DNA of 54,031 nucleotides from a virus (Duplodnaviria; Caudoviricetes): IMG/VR virus record IMGVR_UViG_3300048080_000659, positions 1 to 54,031 of that record; one strand, 5' to 3'. Shown piece by piece: positions 45,637 to 54,031 of this stretch (position 1 is its first letter; each line of letters starts with the position of its first letter). The notes under the pieces were generated by a model. It saw only the letters and a program-made list of their open reading frames with translations, ran no database searches and was not told where the DNA came from. The position numbers and the translations under genes were made by a program.

Positions 45637-47330
45637 GCTACGCCGAATCCCCCGCCGCACAACTCGTTGCCTCGCACTGCGCCGCGTGCAACCGACCGCT
45701 CGTCGATGCCGTGTCGGTCGAGCTGGGCATGGGCCCCGAGTGCCGCGCGCGCCTGACCGCCGACCTTGGCGTCACCCCAGAGGCCCGCGCGGAAGCCAAC
45801 GCCATCGTGCACGCGGTCGCCATCGGCGAGTTCCACGGCGCCGACTTCATCACGGCGATACGGCGCCTCGAGGATCTCGGCTTCGCGCAACTGGCCTATC
45901 AAGTGTGGTACCGCCGGCGTCGCGAGTTCGCCCCGGTCTACAGCGCGTCGAGGTATGCGAGCGGGCCGCCCCGCGTGATCGTTGAAGTTCCAGGCGAGCC
46001 GGAACAGACGAACGGGCACGCAGAAGAACCCGCGTCCAGCGAAGTCGCGCCCCCCGAACCCCCGCCGCTCCAGCTCACCGCCGGTCAAGACCAGGCGCTC
46101 GAAGGCGTGCGCGCGTTGATGAAGCTGCCCGGGGCCGGCGCGTTCTTCATCACCGGCTACGCAGGCAGCGGAAAGACGACCCTGCTGCGGGTGATCGCGG
46201 AAGACGCGGGCCGCCCCATTGTCATCACTCCCACCGGCAAGGCCGCACTCCGCGTGCGCGAAGCGACCGGGCTCGAAGCGCGGACTATCCATCGCTGGAT
46301 CTACAAGCCGCAGGAGGACCCGGTCACGGGCACGATCACGTTCACGCGCCGAAACCTCGACGAGATCGAGACGCCCCCATCGCGCTTGATCCTGCTCGAT
46401 GAGGCTTCGATGGTCGGCCCCGACGTCTGGAAGGACGTGTGGGAAATCTGCAAGTACCTGGACCTCAAGATCGTCTGCGTCGGTGACGGCTTCCAGCTCC
46501 CCCCCGTGCAGCCCCCGAACGCGCCGCCGTTCTCGCTGCTGGACCCGGCGTTCATCGAAGGGCTTGGAGCCGAGGGCGTCGAGCTGACCGAAGTGCTACG
46601 CCAGGCACAGGACTCCCCCGTGATCCGCGCCTCGATGCGGCTACGAGCCGGCGATGGGATCCGTGCGCTCTACGAGCTGCCCAGGATCGAAACCGCGCAG
46701 CTCGCGCAGGTCGCCGTCGAGACGCACAAAATCGGCGGCGTCGTCATCTGCCACCGCAACGTCACGCGGTTCAAGGTCAACATCGGCGTGCGCGCGTCGC
46801 TTGGCATCACCGACGAACTCCCGCAACCCGGCGAGCCGCTCCTGGTGCTCAAGAACGCGTACGACATCGGGCTCTACAACGGCGAGACGACCGTGTTCCC
46901 CGGATGGAGCAAGCCGCCCGGCCAGCCCGACCGCGTCTACGATCGCTACAAGCAGATCGAGGAGCATGCCCGCTTCGGCGGGATCGCGGTCGAACGCACG
47001 ATCGACGGGAAGAAATCCGCCGTCCCGGCCACGCTTGCGGTCGAAGAACTGCACGGCCGACTCACCGCCGGCAACGGCGCGATCGCGTCGGCCGCCGGGC
47101 GCTGGGCGCGCACCAAGCAGTTGTTCGTCGGTGACAACGTGGCGCCGCATCTGCACGCGAACTTCGGGTACTGCTACACGGCACACCGCGGGCAGGGGTC
47201 GCAGTGGCCCTACGTCGTCGTGCTGCTCGAGTCGAGTATCCGGCTCAACGAAGAAGACGGTCGGCGCTGGGCGTACACCGCTGTGACTCGCGCGCAGACG
47301 ATGACTGCCGTGCACTACGGGAACATCTGA
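45633..47330 (+). CDS. RecD/Dda-like SF1B helicase with N-terminal zinc ribbon (DUF6011-like)
   Basis: C..C.RPL.D..S...GMGPEC; GYAGSGKT, TPTGKAA, DEASMV, GD.FQLPPV, TAH..QGSQW, YTAVTRA. Confidence 0.9.
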   Translation: MSYAESPAAQLVASHCAACNRPLVDAVSVELGMGPECRARLTADLGVTPEARAEANAIVHAVAIGEFHGADFITAIRRLEDLGFAQLAYQVWYRRRREFAPVYSASRYASGPPRVIVEVPGEPEQTNGHAEEPASSEVAPPEPPPLQLTAGQDQALEGVRALMKLPGAGAFFITGYAGSGKTTLLRVIAEDAGRPIVITPTGKAALRVREATGLEARTIHRWIYKPQEDPVTGTITFTRRNLDEIETPPSRLILLDEASMVGPDVWKDVWEICKYLDLKIVCVGDGFQLPPVQPPNAPPFSLLDPAFIEGLGAEGVELTEVLRQAQDSPVIRASMRLRAGDGIRALYELPRIETAQLAQVAVETHKIGGVVICHRNVTRFKVNIGVRASLGITDELPQPGEPLLVLKNAYDIGLYNGETTVFPGWSKPPGQPDRVYDRYKQIEEHARFGGIAVERTIDGKKSAVPATLAVEELHGRLTAGNGAIASAAGRWARTKQLFVGDNVAPHLHANFGYCYTAHRGQGSQWPYVVVLLESSIRLNEEDGRRWAYTAVTRAQTMTAVHYGNI

Positions 47331-48310
47331 TGCTGGGACCGCTCGAGCACGCGACGCTGTTCATCAAGACGCTGCACGTCTTCGGCGGCCTCATAGAAAT
47401 CACTGCGCTCGCTCCGAAGCGCCGACCGATCAAGCGCTACTTCACGGATCCTGCCATCGCGGCAGAATGGGCGCTGGAAACCAACTGGCAAGGCTACTCC
47501 GTGTTCTCGTCCGTGAACCCGCGTTGGGCCTTCGACGGGCACGAGAGCACCGTCGCGGCCACGGTCGCCTTGCCGCTCGACTTCGACGCGGGGAAGCACG
47601 ACCCGGGCGCCGCGCTCGAGCTGCTGACCGCGCACGGGATCCCGCCATCGATCGTCGCGCGGTCGGGCCGCGGCACGCATGCCTACCTGCTGCTGGCCGC
47701 ACCGTCCGCGCCGGACGCCGCGAAGCTCACGGCCGAGCGTCTGTGTAAGGTCACGAGCAGCGACCGCGTCTTCAACTGCAATCGCATCATGAGGATCCCC
47801 GGCTCGGTGAACTGGAAGGACCCACCGACCTGGGCTTACCTGACCGGGATGTGGGACCGCCGCTACAGCCTAGCCGACGTCGATGCGGCGCTTGATCGGA
47901 TGGGAGCCCCGACCGTGCGGACGCCCCGCCTAGCCCCACCCCGCCAGCCGCAGGCCCCGCCACAGGACATCCACGAGCTGATGACCCGCATCCCGGGCCA
48001 CGCGGCCGTGCTCATTTCGGCTGGCGAGCGGAACCCCTACAGCGGTCAGACCACGCGAAGCGAGACGGACTTCTACGTCGTGTGCGCCCTGGTTCGCGGC
48101 GATGCGACCGACGAGCAAATCCGCTGGATCTACGAGAACTGCCCGATCGGTAGCCTCAAGTACGCGGCGGCCGGAGCGCACTACCTGAACCGCACGATCG
48201 AGAAGGCGCGGCTGATGACGGCCGAGCCGATCCGCAACGGAAGCCGGTCATCGGACGCGCGCGCACTGCGCCGGGCCCAGTCCCATGGTGGAGCGCGAGA
48301 CGGGGTCTAG
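47330..48310 (+). CDS. RepB-like (AEP superfamily) primase
   Basis: LDFD, SGRGTHAY, RIMRIPGSVNWK, RSE.D helical domain. Confidence 0.82.
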   Translation: MLGPLEHATLFIKTLHVFGGLIEITALAPKRRPIKRYFTDPAIAAEWALETNWQGYSVFSSVNPRWAFDGHESTVAATVALPLDFDAGKHDPGAALELLTAHGIPPSIVARSGRGTHAYLLLAAPSAPDAAKLTAERLCKVTSSDRVFNCNRIMRIPGSVNWKDPPTWAYLTGMWDRRYSLADVDAALDRMGAPTVRTPRLAPPRQPQAPPQDIHELMTRIPGHAAVLISAGERNPYSGQTTRSETDFYVVCALVRGDATDEQIRWIYENCPIGSLKYAAAGAHYLNRTIEKARLMTAEPIRNGSRSSDARALRRAQSHGGARDGV

Positions 48311-48311
48311 G

Positions 48312-48962
48312 ATGTTCGTGACGGTGGAAGGCGCGGACGGAGTCGGCAAGGCCACGCAGGTCGCGCGGCTGCATGCCCATCTCGCGCGGTGTCGCGCCGA
48401 GCAGGCGATCAGGGTGTTCTCGTTCCCGCGCTACGCGACCCCGGTAGGGAAAGCAATCTTGCGGCACTTGCGGCGGGAGATCGCCGTGGTGGAAGCAGGC
48501 GCGACGGCGCCCGAAGACGCGCTGGCCTTCCAGTGCATGATGGCCACCGACAAGTACGACGCGGCGCCTGAGATCGAAGCCGCGCTCCTGGACGGGGGAA
48601 TCGTGATCTGCGACCGCTGGTGGCAGTCGGCACTCGCGTACGGACGAAGCGACGGGCTCGACGAAGCATGGCTCGAGCGCATTCACGATCACTTGCCGCA
48701 ACCGGACCTCAACATCCTGCTCGAGGTCACGCAGTTCGAGACCACACGGCGACGGCCCGTTCCCCGCGATCGCTACGAAGCGGCCCAAGCGCAGCAGGCT
48801 GCCGTGCGGGTCAACTACCGCGCCCTATGGGAGGCGCACGCCGCCGACGTCGAATCGCGCTGGACCATCGTCGATGGCGAGGGCGCCGAGGACGTCGTGC
48901 ATGCGCGGGTGTGGGATCAAGTCCTGCACACGTGGCCGTTTCTCGAACGCTCGACGCCGTAG
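48312..48962 (+). CDS. tmk: Thymidylate kinase
   Basis: VEGADGVGK.TQ, SFPRY, CDRW..S..AYG, PDL.ILL, DRYE. Confidence 0.92.
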   Translation: MFVTVEGADGVGKATQVARLHAHLARCRAEQAIRVFSFPRYATPVGKAILRHLRREIAVVEAGATAPEDALAFQCMMATDKYDAAPEIEAALLDGGIVICDRWWQSALAYGRSDGLDEAWLERIHDHLPQPDLNILLEVTQFETTRRRPVPRDRYEAAQAQQAAVRVNYRALWEAHAADVESRWTIVDGEGAEDVVHARVWDQVLHTWPFLERSTP

Positions 48963-48963
48963 A

Positions 48964-49692
48964 TCACGCCACAGCCGGTGCGGTGTCGCCCTCGTCGATG
49001 TCCCAATCCGCCGCCACGTAAGATAGGGTCCTTTGGAACTTGATGCCGAAGGCGTCAGGGTTGGGGACGTTCCACGCACGCCCGAACGCGGCGGCGGCCT
49101 GGCGCGAGAGCGGCCCGAGGTCGCCGTCGATCTCGCCCGAGTAGAACCCGAGTGACGCGAGCGCCTCCTGGATCGCAGACGGAGTGAGTACGAAGTCAGC
49201 CGCGTAGCGCGCCATGATGGCGTGCTCGGCCACGTCCTGCCAGCGATCGCGGGGGGTGCAGGCATTGAGCACCTGAACGGCGTCCGCGCCCGTTCCGAGA
49301 AAATTGAAGTGCCATTCTTCAAACCCGCGGCTCTTGTCGCGGCGGTAACCGTACCAGCCGTGCGTCGCCATGTAGTCCCAAAGCTGCTCGTAGACGAAGC
49401 CGCGAAGCTTGCACGTTGCTTCGATGGCCACGTCGTCGGCCAGTCCGACATTGTGTCCACTGTACGCGGGCGGCTGGACACCTTTTTTCGTCTCGGCAGC
49501 ATCCAGCGACGCTTCTGCCGAACTGAACAGCCGTGAATGCACGAGCCCCCCGTCAGCTTCCATCGCCATGAACGACGCGTGCGCATCGGGGTGGATCAGG
49601 AGCGCACGCTTGGGCATGAGGTTCTTCCGGCCATCCTTTGCCTCGTAGATCCCGCGGACGGAGGACGGCAGACGAATGAGCTTGATGTTCAT
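48964..49692 (-). CDS. Endolysin: M15-type peptidase plus peptidoglycan-binding domain
   Basis: SGHNVGLADD (SxHxxGxAxD), EEWH; IQEALASLGFY.GEIDG.LGP.S. Confidence 0.85.
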   Translation of the reverse strand: MNIKLIRLPSSVRGIYEAKDGRKNLMPKRALLIHPDAHASFMAMEADGGLVHSRLFSSAEASLDAAETKKGVQPPAYSGHNVGLADDVAIEATCKLRGFVYEQLWDYMATHGWYGYRRDKSRGFEEWHFNFLGTGADAVQVLNACTPRDRWQDVAEHAIMARYAADFVLTPSAIQEALASLGFYSGEIDGDLGPLSRQAAAAFGRAWNVPNPDAFGIKFQRTLSYVAADWDIDEGDTAPAVA

Positions 49693-49694
49693 CG

Positions 49695-50105
49695 TCACTC
49701 GTTCGGGTCGGGCACAGTCGTCGTGCAGCGGAGGTCACCGCCGGGCCGCCCGGTACAGTTGATCTTGAGCGCGCCAACGACCCTCCGCGTCCGCTGGCCC
49801 TCGTCGCGGATCTTTCCTTCGAGGGTCATCTGCGTCTCGCGCAAGTCGTTCCGCACGGCGGTGATGTCACCCTTGTAGGCGACTCCTCCACCACTCAGCG
49901 CCGCGGCGGGCGTTGCGTGAACAAACTGGTCCTCGGTGTGCGCCGAGATCCGATACCACGTAGACGCGATCGATAGCAGGCTCGTGCCAAGGACTATGGC
50001 CGCGCCGATTGTCACGACGATCGGGACGTGGATACGACTCAACGGGACGAACTTGCGCGGGTGATCATCGTTGCTGGTGGGATTCTCGCCCGTGGTGCTA
50101 CTCAC
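49695..50105 (-). CDS. Single-TMD protein adjacent to endolysin
   Basis: Hydrophobic helix then coiled segment. Confidence 0.6.
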   Translation of the reverse strand: MSSTTGENPTSNDDHPRKFVPLSRIHVPIVVTIGAAIVLGTSLLSIASTWYRISAHTEDQFVHATPAAALSGGGVAYKGDITAVRNDLRETQMTLEGKIRDEGQRTRRVVGALKINCTGRPGGDLRCTTTVPDPNE

Positions 50106-50569
50106 GGCGCCAGCTCCACCGTCGCTACCAGCAACGCAATCGCCGCCCCCGCGCTTGTGCTCGTCACCTCGAGGTCGAGTTCGTCGTCGGCGGCAAAAGC
50201 GACGGTGTTCACGATGTTCTTGAACAGCGCCGTCGAGCCCGCTGTGATCGTCGCGGTGAGCGCCGTGGCCACGCCGTTCTTGAGCACGGTCACGACCATG
50301 GCCGCGCCGAGCGGGTTCGTCACGGCTTTGACGCGGAGGTTCGCCACCGTGCGGGCGGGCAGCGCGTACTTCTGGAGCGCGGACAAGATCGGCACCACAG
50401 CCACAGCCCCGGCGTCGGCCAAGTAGCTTGTTGTCGCGCCCACGGCCAAACCCAGGTGCCCACCCGAGAACTTGAGCGCGCCGTCGGGCCCCGGTACGCC
50501 GGCCGCACCGGGAGACCCCACGATCCCGCCGATGCCGCTCTGGACGCGGTCGTAGCCGAGCTGCGGCAC
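50102..50569 (-). CDS. Virion structural protein with short collagen-like stretch
   Basis: GSPGAAGVPGPDG; beta-rich C-terminus. Confidence 0.55.
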   Translation of the reverse strand: MPQLGYDRVQSGIGGIVGSPGAAGVPGPDGALKFSGGHLGLAVGATTSYLADAGAVAVVPILSALQKYALPARTVANLRVKAVTNPLGAAMVVTVLKNGVATALTATITAGSTALFKNIVNTVAFAADDELDLEVTSTSAGAAIALLVATVELAP

Positions 50570-50943
50570 TAGATCGACTCCGCAGCGCGGATGGTGAGGG
50601 CCGTCGCGGCGACGACCCCGGCGACCGCAGTCACTTGCACGAAGATGTCCCCGGACATGGTGCCGACCGCGCGGAAGACGGCCCGATGCGGCGCAGCGAC
50701 CTCGCTCGAGAGCTTGTGCCACTTCCCGGTGCCGGCATTGCGGACCCAGGTCGTGAAGCTCGCCGTGGCGGCCTCTTCTGCGTTGAATTCAGGTGTGACG
50801 AGATGTCCTAGCGTGTCGAGGTTGGGCGTCGCTTCGGCGTTCAACACGAAGATGTCCGCCGCCGCGGGCGGGGTGACGTTGGGATCGGCGTCGGCTACGA
50901 GCGGGAGCGCCTTCACGCGGGAGTGTCGAAATTCGAGCGCCAT
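50569..50943 (-). CDS. Hypothetical virion protein
   Basis: TAGGCT 7 nt before ATG 50943. Confidence 0.6.
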   Translation of the reverse strand: MALEFRHSRVKALPLVADADPNVTPPAAADIFVLNAEATPNLDTLGHLVTPEFNAEEAATASFTTWVRNAGTGKWHKLSSEVAAPHRAVFRAVGTMSGDIFVQVTAVAGVVAATALTIRAAESI

Positions 50944-50956
50944 AGACGTGAGCCTA

Positions 50957-51190
50957 TCACGAAGTCTTGCCGGGTTTCCTGACCTGTGACCACAGGAGAT
51001 GGCCTGCAACGACGCCAAGCGCGAACGGGAGCACTGGGTGCTTCTGCGCGAACCCGAGCGTGACCTCGCTGATGGTGGCTCCCGTCCCCGGGGGCTTGTC
51101 CTTCTCGACCACGGCCACGTACACGTCCCAGGCGATGAGCACCGCGATCACGGCGCCCAAGATGGAGATGGTGATCCGGCGCCTGGTCAT
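50957..51190 (-). CDS. Small 2-TMD membrane protein (holin-like)
   Basis: Two hydrophobic helices; GATISE...HPVLPF..G...GHL. Confidence 0.6.
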   Translation of the reverse strand: MTRRRITISILGAVIAVLIAWDVYVAVVEKDKPPGTGATISEVTLGFAQKHPVLPFALGVVAGHLLWSQVRKPGKTS

Positions 51191-51789
51191 GTGCGCGTGT
51201 CCACGATGGCTTCGATGGCTTGCACGGTGGTCGCCGCACGCACGAGGTTCTTGACGGCGGTGCCGCCCTCGAGGACGGTGCGCACGCGAGCCATCGCAGA
51301 AAGAAAGAAGTTGCGCACGTCATTCTGATCGTTGAGCAAGATCGTCCCGCTGCTGTCCAGGCGGTTGAACTCCACCGGGTAGGTGAAAGCCGGGTCGCCG
51401 CGCGCCGTGAACAGGCCCAGCAGGATCACGCGCGTGTCGAGCGCCAGCCCGAACTTGATCCCGCTGGCGGGCGGGTACTCGAAGCCTGCTGTGAACAGTT
51501 CCTCGCTCTTGGCGTCGATGGCGACCATCTGCGCCGCGCGAGCTACGGCCAATTCTGGTGCGCTCGAATCCAGCGCCAACTTCTCGGCCGCGTCCATCTC
51601 TGCCAGGCGATCCCCCGCGATGATCTTCCAGTAGCGTTGAGGCACCGCTGCGGCCACCAGCGCGTCGTAGTCACTGTTGTCGCGCCCGCTCGCACGCCCG
51701 ACGAAGATGTGGTCGGCGGCCGGATACCTGGACTCGTCGCCACTTGTGTCCACGATGGCGATAGGGCTCTTGCGGATGACGATGGCCAT
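51187..51789 (-). CDS. Tail-fibre-associated protein (DUF4376-like)
   Basis: AAGGAG RBS; GFEY, K..VRAATTV..IEAI ending; follows fibre genes. Confidence 0.6.
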   Translation of the reverse strand: MAIVIRKSPIAIVDTSGDESRYPAADHIFVGRASGRDNSDYDALVAAAVPQRYWKIIAGDRLAEMDAAEKLALDSSAPELAVARAAQMVAIDAKSEELFTAGFEYPPASGIKFGLALDTRVILLGLFTARGDPAFTYPVEFNRLDSSGTILLNDQNDVRNFFLSAMARVRTVLEGGTAVKNLVRAATTVQAIEAIVDTRT

Positions 51790-51800
51790 GGGGAGGCTCC

Positions 51801-52532
51801 TTACAGTGCTGGGTCGGCGTAGTCCCGAATGTCGCACTCACGATAGACCGGGCTGTTGACCGGATCTCCGTGGCGGTTCACCGAGCCGAAATCCTTCACG
51901 GTTCCCGTCCCGCTCGCCACGGTGCCCGCCGAGAACTCGCGCATGAAGTACTGGAGTTGAAGACCCTGCCTGAGCATGTCTGGTCCACGGATCTCGAAGA
52001 TGGCGCGGATCTCGGCTGGCGTCAGCACGTGGTCGTACACTCGCGCGTCCTCGATAATCCCGTCCCAGAACGGAGCCGTGCCATCGTCGCCACTACCCAT
52101 AGCGGCGTTCTTGCTGTTCGTGTTGGCGGTCGTGCTTTGCGCGAAGGTGGCGCTTGCCGTCCCCACCTGCACACCGTTCTTGTAGCCGATCAAGTTGCCG
52201 CTCGTGCCACCGTAGTTGCAAGTCACCGCGTAATGCCCCCACACCCCAGCGCTGAACTGTGATGCGACGGTAATGGACTTGACGGACTCGGTGTCGCTCG
52301 CACGAAAGCCACAGAACAACCCGCCGCTGGCGTTCATCTCCATGTTGGCACGGCTGGATGCCGAGGTACCCGGTGGCGGCCCCACTGCGACGGAGATGAT
52401 CGCGGCACCGGCGGTGATCGTGGTCGGGTTCACCCACGCCATCAACGTGCAGCCCGCGACGTTTTTGAGCACATTGATGTCCGTGCCCAGGTACACGCGC
52501 ATCGAACTGGCGGCTGTGAACTGCAAGGACAT
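51801..52532 (-). CDS. LamG/concanavalin-like domain virion protein
   Basis: TLMAWVNP, WGHYAVT, YKNGVQV, WDG.IEDARVYD..LT..EI. Confidence 0.85.
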   Translation of the reverse strand: MSLQFTAASSMRVYLGTDINVLKNVAGCTLMAWVNPTTITAGAAIISVAVGPPPGTSASSRANMEMNASGGLFCGFRASDTESVKSITVASQFSAGVWGHYAVTCNYGGTSGNLIGYKNGVQVGTASATFAQSTTANTNSKNAAMGSGDDGTAPFWDGIIEDARVYDHVLTPAEIRAIFEIRGPDMLRQGLQLQYFMREFSAGTVASGTGTVKDFGSVNRHGDPVNSPVYRECDIRDYADPAL

Positions 52533-52536
52533 GCGA

Positions 52537-53826
52537 TCACGGCAGCGGGATGAACACCGCACGTTGCAAGTTCCAGTCGCCTACCAACTCCGTGCCGCCC
52601 GTCGGATTGATGCGCGTCAGTTCGTACTGGTAGTCGTCACCTAGCACGATGGGCGTGGCCATGGCGGCAAAGGTGATGGTCTGGCCCTGCACGATGTAGA
52701 CCGAGGATGCGTTCGATGGGATCGAAAAGTCCGTGAGCACGAGGCTGTTCCATGCGCCCACCGCCACGCCGGACTGCATTCTGCGGTAGTAGAGCTTGAG
52801 GCCAACCGTTCGCGCTGCTGCGATGGGGGTCTGCGCACGGGCCTTGAACTCGATGTACAACCGCGTCGCGCTGAGCGGTGTTCGCTCCTGCCAGATGACA
52901 CCCTCTTCCGTCGTGTCGTCGAAGTTGTGCTCCAACAACATCGAGTTGAGGCTGCTGGGCGTCAGGGCCGCGAAGGCGTTCACCGCCGCATCTGCCGTGA
53001 CCGGGAGTCTGAACGCGCCGGCCTCGATGAATCGGTAGATCACGAGCGGGCGGTTGAACTGCGCGAACGCGATGGCGTCGGTGCCGATGGTCGGGTTAGT
53101 GGTGTTGGTGCATATCCAGAACGTGTTGCTCCGGGCCGTGCCCTCTTTCACGATCACGCGGGTCTCTGGCGTGATCTCACCCGTGGTATCTGCGTCGGTG
53201 GCTCGCGACCACGCGCCGGCCGCAGCGACGTAGATGCCGTTCTGGCTGGCCGTGGTCTGGTCGTTCACCAGGATGCGGTCACCCGCGATGGGCGTAACAC
53301 CGTCGATGGCCGCGAGACCAGAAAGGCCGTGGTTGCCGACGGCGGAAAGACGACACGCCACCTTGTAGTCGTCGAAGCGGCCCTTGTCGGTGGCCGACAT
53401 GAACCCCGCCACGCTCGGAGTCGCGGCAGGATGCTGCGTTCCGCCGCCCCGAACGCCGTGCTGCGCGTCCGTGGCCAGGACACCGACCTGCACATCATCG
53501 GCGTTGGCGATGATCGAGCCGTCAGCGTTGGCGACAACATCGAACGTGCGATCTGCCGAGAGATCACCGCCACCCGTGAGCCCTGCGCCGGCCGTGAGCG
53601 TCCGAGTTGTGGGCACGGAACCAGCAGCGTCAATCGCGGACCACGTGATCGGACTGTCATCCGTCAGGATCCAGAACGTTTCGTTGTCCGTCTGCCGCGC
53701 GATCTTGCCGACGTCGGCCGGAACAATGGTGTAGCCGGTGCCCGCAATGCGCGCAGCGGCGTTCGCGAACACGAATGCGTTGGCGATGTGGACGTCGCCG
53801 GCTGTTACGTTCTTGTGGAGCGACAC
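52537..53826 (-). CDS. Tail fibre / virion structural protein
   Basis: AGAGLTGGGDLSADRT and LSGL..IDGV...GDRILV.DQT..SQNGIY...GAWSRATDAD fibre-type motifs. Confidence 0.75.
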   Translation of the reverse strand: MSLHKNVTAGDVHIANAFVFANAAARIAGTGYTIVPADVGKIARQTDNETFWILTDDSPITWSAIDAAGSVPTTRTLTAGAGLTGGGDLSADRTFDVVANADGSIIANADDVQVGVLATDAQHGVRGGGTQHPAATPSVAGFMSATDKGRFDDYKVACRLSAVGNHGLSGLAAIDGVTPIAGDRILVNDQTTASQNGIYVAAAGAWSRATDADTTGEITPETRVIVKEGTARSNTFWICTNTTNPTIGTDAIAFAQFNRPLVIYRFIEAGAFRLPVTADAAVNAFAALTPSSLNSMLLEHNFDDTTEEGVIWQERTPLSATRLYIEFKARAQTPIAAARTVGLKLYYRRMQSGVAVGAWNSLVLTDFSIPSNASSVYIVQGQTITFAAMATPIVLGDDYQYELTRINPTGGTELVGDWNLQRAVFIPLP

Positions 53827-53830
53827 GCGG

Positions 53831-54031
53831 TCACGTCCTTGTCAGCACGTCACCGTCGCCTACATAGACCAGAGTCCCGGCCACGGTGAGCAGGATCTTG
53901 TTGATGTCGAAGCCGCTCGTGGCGTCCACGTATGCCTTCGTCGCGGCGTCTTGGGTGTCCACGGGATTCGCGATGTTCTTGACGTTGAACCCGCCCCCGT
54001 CAAGCGGGCGCTGCTGCTCGTCCCGCGCCAT
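53831..54031 (-). CDS. Structural protein (possibly truncated by window end)
   Basis: NIANPV..QDAATKAYVD fibre-stalk motif. Confidence 0.6.
   Translation of the reverse strand: MARDEQQRPLDGGGFNVKNIANPVDTQDAATKAYVDATSGFDINKILLTVAGTLVYVGDGDVLTRT

Overview
A 54-kb GC-rich segment of a tailed dsDNA phage (Caudoviricetes-like). A lipobox plus C-terminal TMD spanin-like gene suggests a diderm host. Layout: head module on the minus strand (portal, MuF-like protein, small head-associated ORFs, zeta-like toxin; 1-7.3 kb). Then a ~22-kb mosaic accessory/early region driven by a family of near-identical strong sigma70-type promoters (7.3-29.9 kb), followed by terminase genes and a candidate packaging/origin region (29.9-34 kb). 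Next is a replication/recombination module (DUF3987-like ATPase, SNF2 helicase, PD-(D/E)XK nuclease, AAA_24 ATPase, SSB-like protein, exonuclease, UDG-PolA fusion, RecD/Dda helicase, RepB-like primase, dTMP kinase; 35.6-49 kb), and finally endolysin and virion/tail genes (49-54 kb). Most notable: (1) the large terminase is split into an intein-containing ATPase gene and a separate nuclease gene ~18 kb away, with an in-frame 7-bp shared core at the junctions; (2) four head-module proteins share an N-terminal W-A-x-R-[HR]-[VL] motif, and two enzymatic effectors share a ~30-aa GLV...WVS motif, suggesting a virion cargo-targeting system; (3) an Fe/Mn-SOD with a metallopeptidase inserted inside it; (4) widespread leaderless -10 promoters; (5) two tandem structured RNAs. 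All calls come from motif reading by eye, with no database searches. No tRNA, rRNA, CRISPR array, clear integrase or major capsid gene was recognised.
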